A stretch of DNA of 63,903 bases, counting the filler, from Nemertoderma westbladi (taxonomy: Eukaryota > Animalia > Xenacoelomorpha): NCBI GenBank assembly GCA_032718475.1. It is 4 parts of 4 records of this genome, joined end to end, with 100 filler letters (N's around TTAATTAATTAA, not from the genome) between each part and the next. Parts side by side here need not be neighbours in the genome. Positions count along the whole stretch, not along the records: positions 33,240 to 58,882 come from JAUCBJ010007172.1; positions 58,983 to 63,903 come from JAUCBJ010008955.1; 2 more parts are not named here. One strand, 5' to 3'. The notes below the pieces were generated by a model. It ran no database searches and had not been told where the DNA came from. It worked only from the letters and a program-made list of their open reading frames with translations. Positions 53,346 through 63,903 of this stretch are shown piece by piece. The translations under genes and the position numbers were made by a program. Within the stretch, counting starts at the first letter, position 1. The number at the start of each line of letters is the position of its first letter.

Positions 53346-53961
53346 CGTAGCTAGATTTCAGTCATCCCCTTTGTCAGTTTTAGACCATTTTTTATCAAAT
53401 AAACGTTATTAACCAGTTCTTATTTTATATGCTGTCACGGGGAAACTGAAACGGGCGATTCATTATTTGGTAAGTACTAAGTACAGTATATCGATAGTGA
53501 AAGGATACATACAGTATCTTGAAATCTTGTACGTATCTTGACGTATTGTCTGATGCCTTTGCAGTGGTTGATTGCTTACCCGTCGCCATACCTACGACGC
53601 CGTCTCCTATTTAGCAGCAATCTCGTTGAAGTACAATGGCATCTGCTCCTGCTCTAGTTGATAATACAGGTTCATGATTCGAACTGTGATGGACCTGGGA
53701 CCTGAACTTCATAGCTGTTGAGTTGACGTTAGACTTATAATTGAAGGGAAGCCAAAAAAAGAAGTATACAACTGTAAAGTTAGTAAAATTACACCCTTAA
53801 CACACCCATGTTTATCATTATTCGGAGGGAGATGCTCACAGCAATAACGATCACTCATATAGTGGCAACCAACAGTAGCGGCCATTAAAAACCGATCAAA
53901 CAACAACCACACCATTTGAACTTTCCCCGAAGGATACTATATGATTCTGTGTAACATATTA

Positions 53962-54245
53962 TTACTACTACTACTAGGATCGGCATGCTGCATTGCAGCT
54001 GCATTTTTAAGAATCATGTGCCGGCTTGTCAACAAAATTGCACCGCCACAACTCCCTATCACCCATGACATTTGCTAGATCATCCGCATCTTTAAGGCCA
54101 GTGTCCTTTAAGATGCGTCTCAAGAAAGTCATGGGCTGTCCACCATGCTTATTCACTCCATGAGGCTGCCAAAGTACAAGATTATGTACTGGCTGGTCCT
54201 CACGGCGAAAGCAATGTCCTGCAAAGCGGAGGCGATTTTGTTCTA
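53962..54245 (-). mobile_element. 5'-truncated RTE-like LINE 3' end with (TAG)n tail
   Basis: Inverted high-identity match to ~8369-8650. Confidence 0.9.
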
Positions 54246-54954
54246 ATTGTTTGTTCTAATGTTTCTAAACATATTATTAGTTCACTTGTTGATGTGCATT
54301 ACCTAGCCCTATTGTTTTACATGAGCAAAGACTGGCTTATAGTTTAACCTGTGCAGTACCAGAGTCCCGCACGAGGCCACACAGTCAGGGGATATTAGCT
54401 ACTGTAGCTACATTCCTGTGATTGTGATTTACTCACTATCATACTGTTTATTTAACAATATATGTGGACGTTAAAGAGACAACTAAATGAGTTTTCCCCA
54501 AGATCCAGAAACATTTTGAACCCTAGGCCCCGTGCTAATTTCGGGTACAACAACAAACTTTAGCTTGGGTTCTACATAGGCCCCAACAAGTCGTGAACCT
54601 AGATCCCCTGACAGCTATCACGAGGACTAGTGTAAGCTATCCTGAACCCTACACGTAACACGTGTCCCTTCCCGGGCTCTGTAAAACTCTGTCACTATGT
54701 AACCATCAAGTTTCAATGTATGGTCAATAAATATTATTAATACTCACTACACCTTATTATCTAAGCATAATAAAAGTACTTAAGTAAACTGTTGAAAAAC
54801 CATTAATCGTTGGAAAATTAGTAAATGACTATATTTTTTAAATTCCGAGCAAGTTAAGTGAAACAATCTGTACAGAGGTATGTATAACACTATGTTACTA
54901 ATAAAATAATAAACGTCTGAGACTGAGTGGTTGCAAATTTCTTCATCACATCCT

Positions 54955-56172
54955 TCAACAGTAGTGGGGGAAATGCTGAACATCTCCGGAATTGAAATTA
55001 CATTCTATCTCATGTAAATGGGACTGTACTATATTTTCTGCCTGTTGCCTGCTGGTTCTCGGAGTGCCACCGAGTACGAATCGCGAAAGAACCAATGCAA
55101 GTGGTTTGGGTACCTGATTGGAGGGTGTCATAGGTAGTTCCGACAGTTTATTGGACGATTGGTTAGTTGAGTGAACTACAGGTGGAAGCTCAATGGGTAA
55201 CGAATTAGATGAGCTAATAGATGGAGGCAGCTGATTGGATAATGTATTAGTTCTTGAATCATGAAGGGAGCAAATCTGTGTAATTTCAGGACCTGGCTGG
55301 ACATGGACAACATGTGCATCTGGAGAAACCTCAGCTGTTAACTTTGGTAATGAGGAATTAGTAGGCAAAGATACGTCCTCCTTAATAAAATGATTATCTG
55401 TGTCACTTGGATCCAGTGCATATTGCGACAAATTGGGACGAGCTGCTAATACAACGTCTTGAAATGTAGACAATTTATGTGTCTTCATTATTACCGTTCT
55501 AAAAGCTTTCTTCCATCGATTTACAGGGTCTATAAATCTACAGAGAATTAACTTTCTTTTGTCGTCTAGATATTTGAATCGATACATTGGCTCAGTAGAT
55601 GATATAATCTTATCTTGTAGATTAGGATATCTGCTAATAAATGTATTAATATGCACTCCAGGGGCGGTAGATGGTTGAAGCAGAAACCGCATTGGTAACC
55701 TCTGTGTAATGTCATCTTCATCCGAAAGATTCAGACATTCAAGCATTCCATGAATGTTAAGTTGATTGCGATATTGAAACAATTTGTTAATATTGTTGGG
55801 GGTTCCAGAATCGAGAGAATCTAGTAAGTTTGTAAACATTGACGACCGGCGTCTATAAAATTTACGTCTTTTATGATGACCACTGCCTCCAACATCTTTA
55901 TCCCTGTTAGAAGAGGAATTCCATATATTTTCTTTATATGGGAGAGGCATTTCTGGCATGTCATCACTTCCTTGTCCAACAATTGAGTCACTAAACGTTA
56001 ACACTTTGCCTGGAATAGCACTAGGTGGCACAACGTGTGAGTTGTTTATAAGCTGAGTGGTAATGAGACATTGTTCGTTGTCATTGGGGGATGTGGGTCG
56101 AATCTCAGTTTGCGGGTAAGGTGACAATTTTTGTAATGATGATGTTTCATGGGGTTTCATTAAAATCGACAT
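54955..56172 (-). CDS. Orphan 405-aa ORF or large exon, unknown product
   Basis: 1.2-kb open frame in AT-rich non-repetitive DNA; an AG directly precedes the ATG (possible acceptor); Ser/Pro-rich ends and a basic HHKRRKFYRRRSS patch; no recognised domain. Confidence 0.5.
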   Translation of the reverse strand: MSILMKPHETSSLQKLSPYPQTEIRPTSPNDNEQCLITTQLINNSHVVPPSAIPGKVLTFSDSIVGQGSDDMPEMPLPYKENIWNSSSNRDKDVGGSGHHKRRKFYRRRSSMFTNLLDSLDSGTPNNINKLFQYRNQLNIHGMLECLNLSDEDDITQRLPMRFLLQPSTAPGVHINTFISRYPNLQDKIISSTEPMYRFKYLDDKRKLILCRFIDPVNRWKKAFRTVIMKTHKLSTFQDVVLAARPNLSQYALDPSDTDNHFIKEDVSLPTNSSLPKLTAEVSPDAHVVHVQPGPEITQICSLHDSRTNTLSNQLPPSISSSNSLPIELPPVVHSTNQSSNKLSELPMTPSNQVPKPLALVLSRFVLGGTPRTSRQQAENIVQSHLHEIECNFNSGDVQHFPHYC

Positions 56173-56312
56173 CTTGGTACAATTTAAATTATGTGTACTT
56201 CTGCCAATTTTGTGGTAGATTTAACTACGATCAAATATATCAAATAGTCAATATAAAAAAAATCAAAGTATCAAATACTAGTTGTATAAATATGAAATAA
56301 CTTTGTTGGTGA

Positions 56313-58830
56313 TGCCGCCAACACTCACTAATACGGTCTACTTTGGTTGAGGCGCCAACACTCACTAATAAGGTCTACTTTGGTTGAGGCTCTACCTTAC
56401 TCACTAATACGGTCTACTTTGGTTGAGGCTCTACCTTAAGAAGTTGCCGCCAACACTCACTATAATACGGTCTACTTTGTTTGAGGCTCTACCTTAAGAA
56501 GTTGCCACCAACACTCACTAATACAGTCTACTTTGGTTGAGGCTCTACCTTACTCACTAATACGGTCTACTTTGGTTGAGGCTCTACCTTACTCACTAAT
56601 ACGGTCTGCTTTGGTTGAGGCTCTACCGTAAGAAGTTGCCGCCAACACTCACTAATACGGTCTACTTTGTTTGAGGCTCTACCTTAAGAAGTTGCCACCA
56701 ACACTCACTAATACAGTCTACTTTGGTTGAGGCTCTACCGTACTCACTAATACGGTCTACTTTGGTTGAGGCTCTACCGTAAGAAGTTGCCGCCAACACT
56801 CACTAATACGGTCTACTTTGGTTGAGGCTCTACCTTACTCACTAATACGGTCTACTTTGGTTGAGGCTCTACCTTACTCACTAATACGGTCTACTTTGGT
56901 TGAGGCTCTACCGTAAGAAGTTGCCGCCAACACTCACTAATACGGTCTACTTTGTTTGAGGCTCTACCTTAAGAAGTTGCCACCAACACTCACTAATACA
57001 GTCTACTTTGGTTGAGGCTCTACCTTACTCACTAATACGGTCTACTTTGGTTGAGGCTCTACCTTACTCACTAATACGGTCTACTTTGGTTGAGGCTCTA
57101 CCGTAAGAAGTTGCCGCCAACACTCACTAATACGGTCTACTTTGTTTGAGGCTCTACCTTAAGAAGTTGCCACCAACACTCACTAATACAGTCTACTTTG
57201 GTTGAGGCTCTACCGTACTCACTAATACGGTCTACTTTGGTCGAGGCTCTACCTTAAGAAGTTGCCGCCAACACTCACTTAATACGGTCTACTTTGTTTG
57301 AGGCTCTACCTTAAGAAGTTGCCACCAACACTCACTAATACAGTCTACTTTGGTTGAGGCTCTACCTTAAGAAGTTGCCGCCAACACTCACTGATAAGGT
57401 CTACTTTGGTTGAGGCTCTACCTTAAGAAGTTGCCACCAACACTCACTAATACGGTCTACTTTGGTTGAGGCTCTACCTTAAGAAGTTGCCGCCAACACT
57501 CACTAATACGGTCTACTTTGGTTGAGGCTCTACCTTAAGAAGTTGCCGCCAACACTCACTGATAAGGTCTACTTTGGTTGAGGCTCTACCTTACTCACTA
57601 ATACGGTCTACTTTGGTTGAGGCTCTACCTTACTCACTAATACGGTCTACTTTGGTTGAGGCTCTACCGTAAGAAGTTGCCGCCAACACTCACTAATACG
57701 GTCTACTTTGGCTGAGGCTCTACCTTAAGAAGTTGCCACCAACACTCACTAATACGGTCTACTTTGGTTGAGGCTCTACCTTAAGAAGTTGCCGCCAACA
57801 CTCACTAATACGGTCAACTTTGGCTGAGGCTCTACCTTAAGAAGTTGCTGCAAACACTCACTGATAAGGTCTACTTTGGTTGAGGCTCTATCTTAAGTAC
57901 CAGTTAAATAACTGGGAGCAAATCTTGGGAAAAGAGTAGCGCCCACCCCTACCCTCGGGTAGCAGCTATCGAAAGAGGAGCCTTCGGATCGCCTCCGGCT
58001 TCGGCCGACTGTTTGCTTTGCTTGCTACCTTAAGAAGTTGCCGCCAACACTCACTAATACGGTCTACTTTGGTTGAGGCTCTACCTTAAGAAGTTGCCGC
58101 CAACACTCACTAATACGGTCTACTTTGGTTGAGGCGCCAACACTCACTAATACGGTCTACTTTGGTTGAGGCTCTACCTTAAGAAGTTGCCGCCAACACT
58201 CACTAATAAGGTCTACTTTGGTTGAGGCTCTACCTTAAGAAGTTGCCGCCAACACTCACTAATAAGGTCTACTTTGGTTGAGGCTCTACCTTAAGAAGTT
58301 GCCGCCAACACTCACTAATAAGGTCTACTTTGGTTGAGGCTCTACCTTAAGAAGTTGCCGCCAACACTCACTAATAAGGTCTACTTTGGTTGAGGCTCTA
58401 CCTTAAGAAGTTGCCGCCAACACTCACTAATAAGGTCTACTTTGGTTGAGGCTCTACCTTAAGAAGTTGCCGCCAACACTCACTAATAAGGTCTACTTTG
58501 GTTGAGGCTCTACCTTAAGAAGTTGCCACCAACACTCACTGAGAAGGTCTACTTTTGTTGAGGCTCTACCTTAAGAAGTTGCCGCCAACACTCACTAATA
58601 CAGTCTACTTTGGTTGAGGCTCTACCTTAAGAGTTGCCGCCAACACTCACTAATACGGTCTACTTTGGTTGAGGCGCCAACACTCACTAATACGGTCTAC
58701 TTTGGTTGAGGCTCTACCTTAAGAAGTTGCCGCCAACACTCACTATAATACGGTTTACTTTGTTTGAGGCTCTACCTTACTCACTAATACGGTCAACTTT
58801 GGTTGAGGCTCTACCTTACTCACTAATACT
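56313..58830. repeat. Modular minisatellite of 56-, 39- and 37-bp units
   Basis: Core ACTCACTAATACGGTCTACTTTGGTTGAGGC with optional TCTACCTT and AAGAAGTTGCCGCCAAC modules. Confidence 0.95.
57898..58024 (+). mobile_element. 5'-truncated SINE-like insertion in the minisatellite
   Basis: 127-bp unique insert with a (TTGCT)-like tail, flanked by CTATCTTAAG (57888-57897) and CTACCTTAAG (58025-58034), consistent with a 10-bp target duplication. Confidence 0.7.
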
Positions 58831-58882
58831 GTTCGCGCTTTCAGACCTTTGGCATTTTAACCCACCAAATTAAGATGTCTTC

Positions 58883-58982
58883 NNNNNNNNNNNNNNNNNN
58901 NNNNNNNNNNNNNNNNNNNNNNNNNNTTAATTAATTAANNNNNNNNNNNNNNNNNNNNNNNNNNNNNNNNNNNNNNNNNNNN
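58883..58982. other. Artificial contig linker
   Basis: N44-TTAATTAATTAA-N44. Confidence 0.97.
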
Positions 58983-59939
58983 CTAGATGATTCTACATGT
59001 GTAGCTACTGTGTCGGATGACTTGGCTCATGACAAAGAGAGTGTAATTCCCTTCATTGATAAACTTTTGAAGGAATTTTTACCTTCCAGAACTAAATGTC
59101 TTGATATTTTTTCAGATGGCCCTTCAAGTGAATTTAAGAACAGGTTCATTGCTAATTCATTGAAATGGTTGGAGAAGCGGCATGGTATCATAGTCAGATG
59201 GAACTACTTTGCCACTAGCCATGGCAAAGGTGCCGTGGATGGTGTAGGAGGATCGGTTAAGAGGAGAGTCTCTCTTGCAGTTAAATCGAGAAAGATTGTT
59301 GTGAACACTTTGGAAAGTTTTGTGGAAGCTGCACTGGGAACATCAATTCACATTAGAGTCATGAAGCGTGTTGACATTGACACATTTCTAGCAAAAACGG
59401 AACTGCAAGGGGAGGTATTTGATGTTGCAACTTCTCTCCCTGGCATAATGAAAACACATCAGATTGTTGTTGAATGTGATAACATTGTCAAAAAGCGATA
59501 TTCATCCTTCTCCAAAATCGATACTGAATCAAATGAAGAAGATGATACGAGTGATAGAAGTCAAGGTTCTAGTATTGGTGAGGAGCTCGACAGTGACAAA
59601 GACTATACTAACATTATTGTCAAGATAACCCTTTTAAATCTTAGATATGGTGATTTCGTGATTGTACCGTTTGAGGGGGCCTGGTTTTTAGCTGTCGTAC
59701 ATGATGTAAATTTAAATGAACATCAGGATAATGTGGAATACAACGTTAAATTTATGGCCCCCCCAGGCCCATCTACTCACTTCTGGTGGCCAAGCAGTGT
59801 AGAGCATGGGATATATCCTATGAATGAGATAATTTGTAAATTGTCTTCTCCAGCCCTTCCTATCTCTGGTAGACGATTTGAAATACCAAAGGAGACAGAG
59901 AAGGAAATAATTGCTGTATGTTCAAAACTGGGACTCTAA
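58983..59939 (+). CDS. C-terminal part of a DDE/D transposase, Sola2-like
   Basis: SDDLAHD..IFSDGPSSEFKN..WNYFATSHGKGAVDGVGGSVKR; 5' part cut by the gap. Confidence 0.75.
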   Translation, partial: LDDSTCVATVSDDLAHDKESVIPFIDKLLKEFLPSRTKCLDIFSDGPSSEFKNRFIANSLKWLEKRHGIIVRWNYFATSHGKGAVDGVGGSVKRRVSLAVKSRKIVVNTLESFVEAALGTSIHIRVMKRVDIDTFLAKTELQGEVFDVATSLPGIMKTHQIVVECDNIVKKRYSSFSKIDTESNEEDDTSDRSQGSSIGEELDSDKDYTNIIVKITLLNLRYGDFVIVPFEGAWFLAVVHDVNLNEHQDNVEYNVKFMAPPGPSTHFWWPSSVEHGIYPMNEIICKLSSPALPISGRRFEIPKETEKEIIAVCSKLGL

Positions 59940-60479
59940 TTTTCATATCATATTGGTACTGGGTCCGCCAGAGCATATTTTCTATTACTCGTAGTATGTG
60001 CTCTGTACTGTATTACGACTTACTGTGTTAGCCTTTTCAGCTACAACTAAAATATGAAGTCTACCTATATAGTGAGTAGAGTTCTGACTCATTAGTACGC
60101 ATTTTAGCATGCATTTCAAGTTTAAGTATAAATTCTAGAATTCCTACTTGAACTTACTAGAATAGAATTATGAGCCTATATAGGCCTATATTAGTATATT
60201 TTATGATTATTTTTCAAAAAAACAGCTTTTATTCTCAGTTATTAAATTACCGGCACATGAATAGTCATCCTCTTTAATGAAATAAGTTAGTTGTCAAAAT
60301 TTCTGGCACTTATATTAATTTTTGTAATGGTTGACCTATTTAGAATAATAATATAAATTAATGGATGTATAATATACTCATTTATTAAAACCCTGGAAAG
60401 TAATTTTGTGTCTGTTTACCAGCAATGTTTCATTTTCCCACTTTTTATACTAATATTACCAACCAACTATTTGATTGGG

Positions 60480-60898
60480 GATAGCGTCCCATTACTGACA
60501 TCAGGTATGTCCCGTGGCTGACACAAATTTTCCTCAAAATATTCTACACACTGTCCCAAATTAATGAAAAAAGAATACCAATTGAGCTATATATAACATG
60601 TCATGTTAATAAAAAAGCGATATTTGCTCATGTTTTGACAAAGAGGAGAAATTGGTACTTATCTGTTAACAAAATATCTGGATGGAATTTTTATGTCCCA
60701 TTCCTGACGGAGTCATAATCTTAATTTCTCCAAAAGTATTACATATTCTGAATAAAATTTTGCTTTACAACTGAAGGTAAGTTATCCAGGATGTCATAAA
60801 ATCATAAAACATAAAAGTATGGCCATTAATAAACGAATTGTAATTATTTGTTCTTCTGAAGCCCTCTCCAAATGTCCCATTCCTGACATGGAATTGCC
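60480..60898 (+). mobile_element. Putative right end of the Sola2-like transposon
   Basis: GTCCCATT(C/A)CTGAC subterminal motifs (~60486, 60695, 60874), ending CATGGAATTGCC. Confidence 0.5.
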
Positions 60899-63169
60899 GA
60901 TTACCGGTATTGTTGTTATATTCACAAACCGGATCTTACCCTCACCCTCACCCTCACGGTTGTTTTCAATCCGTTATACCGGTAGGCCTACAATTAATTA
61001 TATTATATCTGTATACTGGTATATATATATCTGTATAGGCCTATCAGCCTATATAAGTAAGCCTACTGTAGGTACCTATAACAGTATAATACATAATACA
61101 CAAACAAACAAATCAAATTGTAACCTGGCTACAGTCAGACAGTGCTAAAGGCAGTAGCCAGTAGGCCTACCAGCATACGGTCCAGCGGTCAGACGCAACA
61201 GACTGACAGTCGGTAGGTGGTAGGTTCTGAGGTCAGAGGTTGCCGAGTTGCCGTGAAGTGGTTGGTAGGTACCGGTACTACCTGACTGAAGCAACAGACT
61301 GCCAAAGCACTGGCTGACTGCAGACTGGTCATGGTCAACAAACTGCTGTAGTGGTTATTTTGTCTAACTAAAGTGGCCAAGCAGCCAATGTCAAAGTATT
61401 ACATCATCATCATTCTCTAATTATAGTGGCCAATCGCAATTAGACTATCCCACTAACAGGATCATGAATCATAATCAAGGCGTACTATATACAAGGCCAT
61501 GCCATCGAGTTAACTATGGGGGCAAGATATTCTTAAGGGGGGGGGGGGGGGGGGGGGGGAATAACCCCCCCCCCGCCCCTGGTAAGAATTTTAGATTTTT
61601 TTTTTTAATTTCATCTAGAGCAGTATTTAATCAAGATTCCAAATATGTAAACCGTTTAGCAAGATCTGTCTTACTTCTCGCGATATGGCTGAATGACAAA
61701 AAATGACAAAAAATGCGGTATAGAAAAATGAACATGGGAAATAACGGAGGAGTAGTCTTTTTAGCGAAATTTTTTAAATCTTACACCAGCCGCCTGGGGG
61801 GGGGATAAAATTTATTTTCACCTTTTTTTTTTACTTTAGGTCATTCTCTTTTCGATGGTATATAGTTTTCTGCGCATTTTTCAACCATATTGGAGATATA
61901 AACAAATTAAAAAAACACCAGGGGGGGGGGGGGTTACCCCCCACCCCTCCGCCCCACCCCCCCCCCCCCCCCCCCCCTAAGCTTTATAACAAAGGTTTCC
62001 TTCTGTTATTACAAATTATGAAATACTCTTTGGTATGACTGTACATGGACTTCTAGAATATTAATTTATACCAGGACTGGAAACTGTTTATTCAGAAATA
62101 CCAGTTGAGGGCTACTTTCTGATTTTTCCTAGCAGTTTATTATTTAGGAATCATCATATCTAAACCGCTACCTTTTGAGTTTTTCTGAACGGATTTTAAT
62201 AATTTTTTTGCATTATATGCGCAGATTTCTCAGCTTTACTTATGTGGGCCTATGTATATAAAGTAACCCTTTTATATTTGTTAATAATAATAATCAATTT
62301 GTATAGAGCCAAATTCACATTAGAATACTCTAAGGCGCTTGTAAAAGCTCTTGCGGCAAAAATATATCTTTTTGTGCAATACGCGAACTGCTGAGAACAT
62401 AGAACTGTTGAGAACATATAAACTTACGCCTTGTTGCGTTTAGTTGTGGTATACGACTTTGTTGACGAAATTACTCAAAAACTGAACCCTGGTTTCTTTG
62501 TCTCCGTAGCCCCTGTGATATCCAAGCGACCAATCAACGCAATTTTCACTTTCCCTGGCCGTAGAGTTCCATTACACAGGAAACTGAATTTATTGGTTAC
62601 GAACAGCTCAGATGAATAACAGGCTCCTGATTGAAGTTTTGACCAGGATTCTAAGGAATTTTATGACTCACCTTTTACTCCTCACCTTATGACTCACCGG
62701 TAACTTTGCTGTCCAGTGCCCAATAATTAATACTTTTAAAATTTAGCATTGATAAAGATAGCCATTGGCTTACGAAACGTCTGCTAGGCCTAATTACCTA
62801 CTATTTTTTCATACCTGTGGCTGACAGTCCTTCTTTTGTTTTATCTTTTAATATTTACTCGCCGTTTAAGAGAACGGCTTCCTTTTATATAATTAAATGG
62901 AAGCGCCAATATCTTTTGATTTAACACAAGCTGGCGCATTTTATGTCTTCATACTGTAGATAGTCAATACTAAAAATAAAATTGAACAGGCTAAGAAATT
63001 ATCTTGAGTGGGAATTTATTTAGAACTAGAAATTATAATAATATTTTCACAAAAAATGTTGTTCTAAATTTTGTTTGTAGGGCTAACCCCGACTAAGTAG
63101 TTGGTTAAAAAAAATTAAGTGATTTAACTATTGGGAAGGATGTTTACCTTATCTAACAATGGTGGCTCA

Positions 63170-63600
63170 TTCCATAAAAAGTGCGGGACATTCGTAGGAC
63201 TTTTTGTGCATACTTTAGTACTGTACATCAAGAAAATGAACTAAAATATTATAGTGCTTGTGTTTCTTACCAATTATCGGTTCTGTATAAAAAAAAAAGG
63301 CAGTTTGGAAAACCTGCAGCAGTCTATGTCTCAGAATTATTGCTTCAAAAAATTGTAAAGTGCGGGACGCGTACGAAAGTGAAATTCCCAACTGTCAAAT
63401 TCTTTGCTAAAGTTCAGCGAATTGAGTAAAGTTAGTGGGAAAACTTTTGTTCCATGATGTTCCTAGGTATGTAGGGAAAATAAATTAGCCTTTAGTAAGA
63501 TGGTAGGTAACTTCAATGAAACAGGGGAGAAGTTTAAGTGCAGCAAAGTCATGTAAAGTGTGGGACATTTCACTGTAAAGTGCGGGGACACGTGCGATTT
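63170..63600. repeat. Dispersed AAAGTG(C/T)GGGAC motifs, probable DNA-transposon subterminal region
   Basis: Motif at ~63178, 63357, 63556 and 63577. Confidence 0.35.
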
Positions 63601-63903
63601 CATCATTTATAAACAGATTAAATCGTTAATTAATACATTATTCCGACTAAATCAGTGATATTTATAAACTTGTCAGTGAGATTGCTACATATAATTTGAA
63701 CTTAAAGATGAATGACAATGCAACTAACCCTAACCAAAATACTAAACCTAACCTACCAAATTTAGTTGGTCCTGTAAAGCCCCTTACTACTGCGTACATG
63801 TATACATGTGACTGCCTGTCAAGTAAGTGTTCAAGTATTTAAAGCATACAATTCCACTGGAGGTCCGGCCTATAGTACAGTGCACAGCACACTGCACAGT
63901 AGT

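Noticed and set aside
56313-58830. CRISPR-like appearance of the arrays (also 4505-5445, 14363-14620, 30796-33139)
   Set aside because: No unique spacers, no cas genes, eukaryotic context.
63724-63756. Telomere-like TAACCC motifs
   Set aside because: Only one or two degenerate units; more likely part of an interspersed repeat.

Overview
Repeat-rich animal (probably marine invertebrate) genomic DNA. It consists of four contigs (1-16635, 16736-33139, 33240-58882, 58983-63903) joined by artificial 100-bp linkers (N44-TTAATTAATTAA-N44), so adjacency across the gaps is unproven. Host genes: four phase-compatible exons of a mosaic extracellular protein (SRCR, TSP1-like, Ig, F-type lectin); a complete 3-exon alpha-tubulin; the promoter and ATG-only first exon of a probable second tubulin; and an orphan 405-aa ORF. 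Mobile DNA: RTE-like, CRE-like and CR1-like LINE remnants, a gag-only LTR element, a near-complete BEL/Pao element with an extra 3' ORF, a Sola2-like transposase, several MITE/foldback elements and large minisatellites. The top finding is a ~320-bp dispersed element (2 copies) in which a tRNA-like Pol III promoter runs directly into a minimal type-I hammerhead ribozyme. Also notable are a minisatellite made of ~25 copies of an exon end plus 5' splice donor, a duplicated RNA structure with compensatory changes in the BEL 3' region, and an exactly spaced CCAAT/X-box/TATA promoter shared by both tubulin starts. All calls were made by eye; no searches or folding programs were run.
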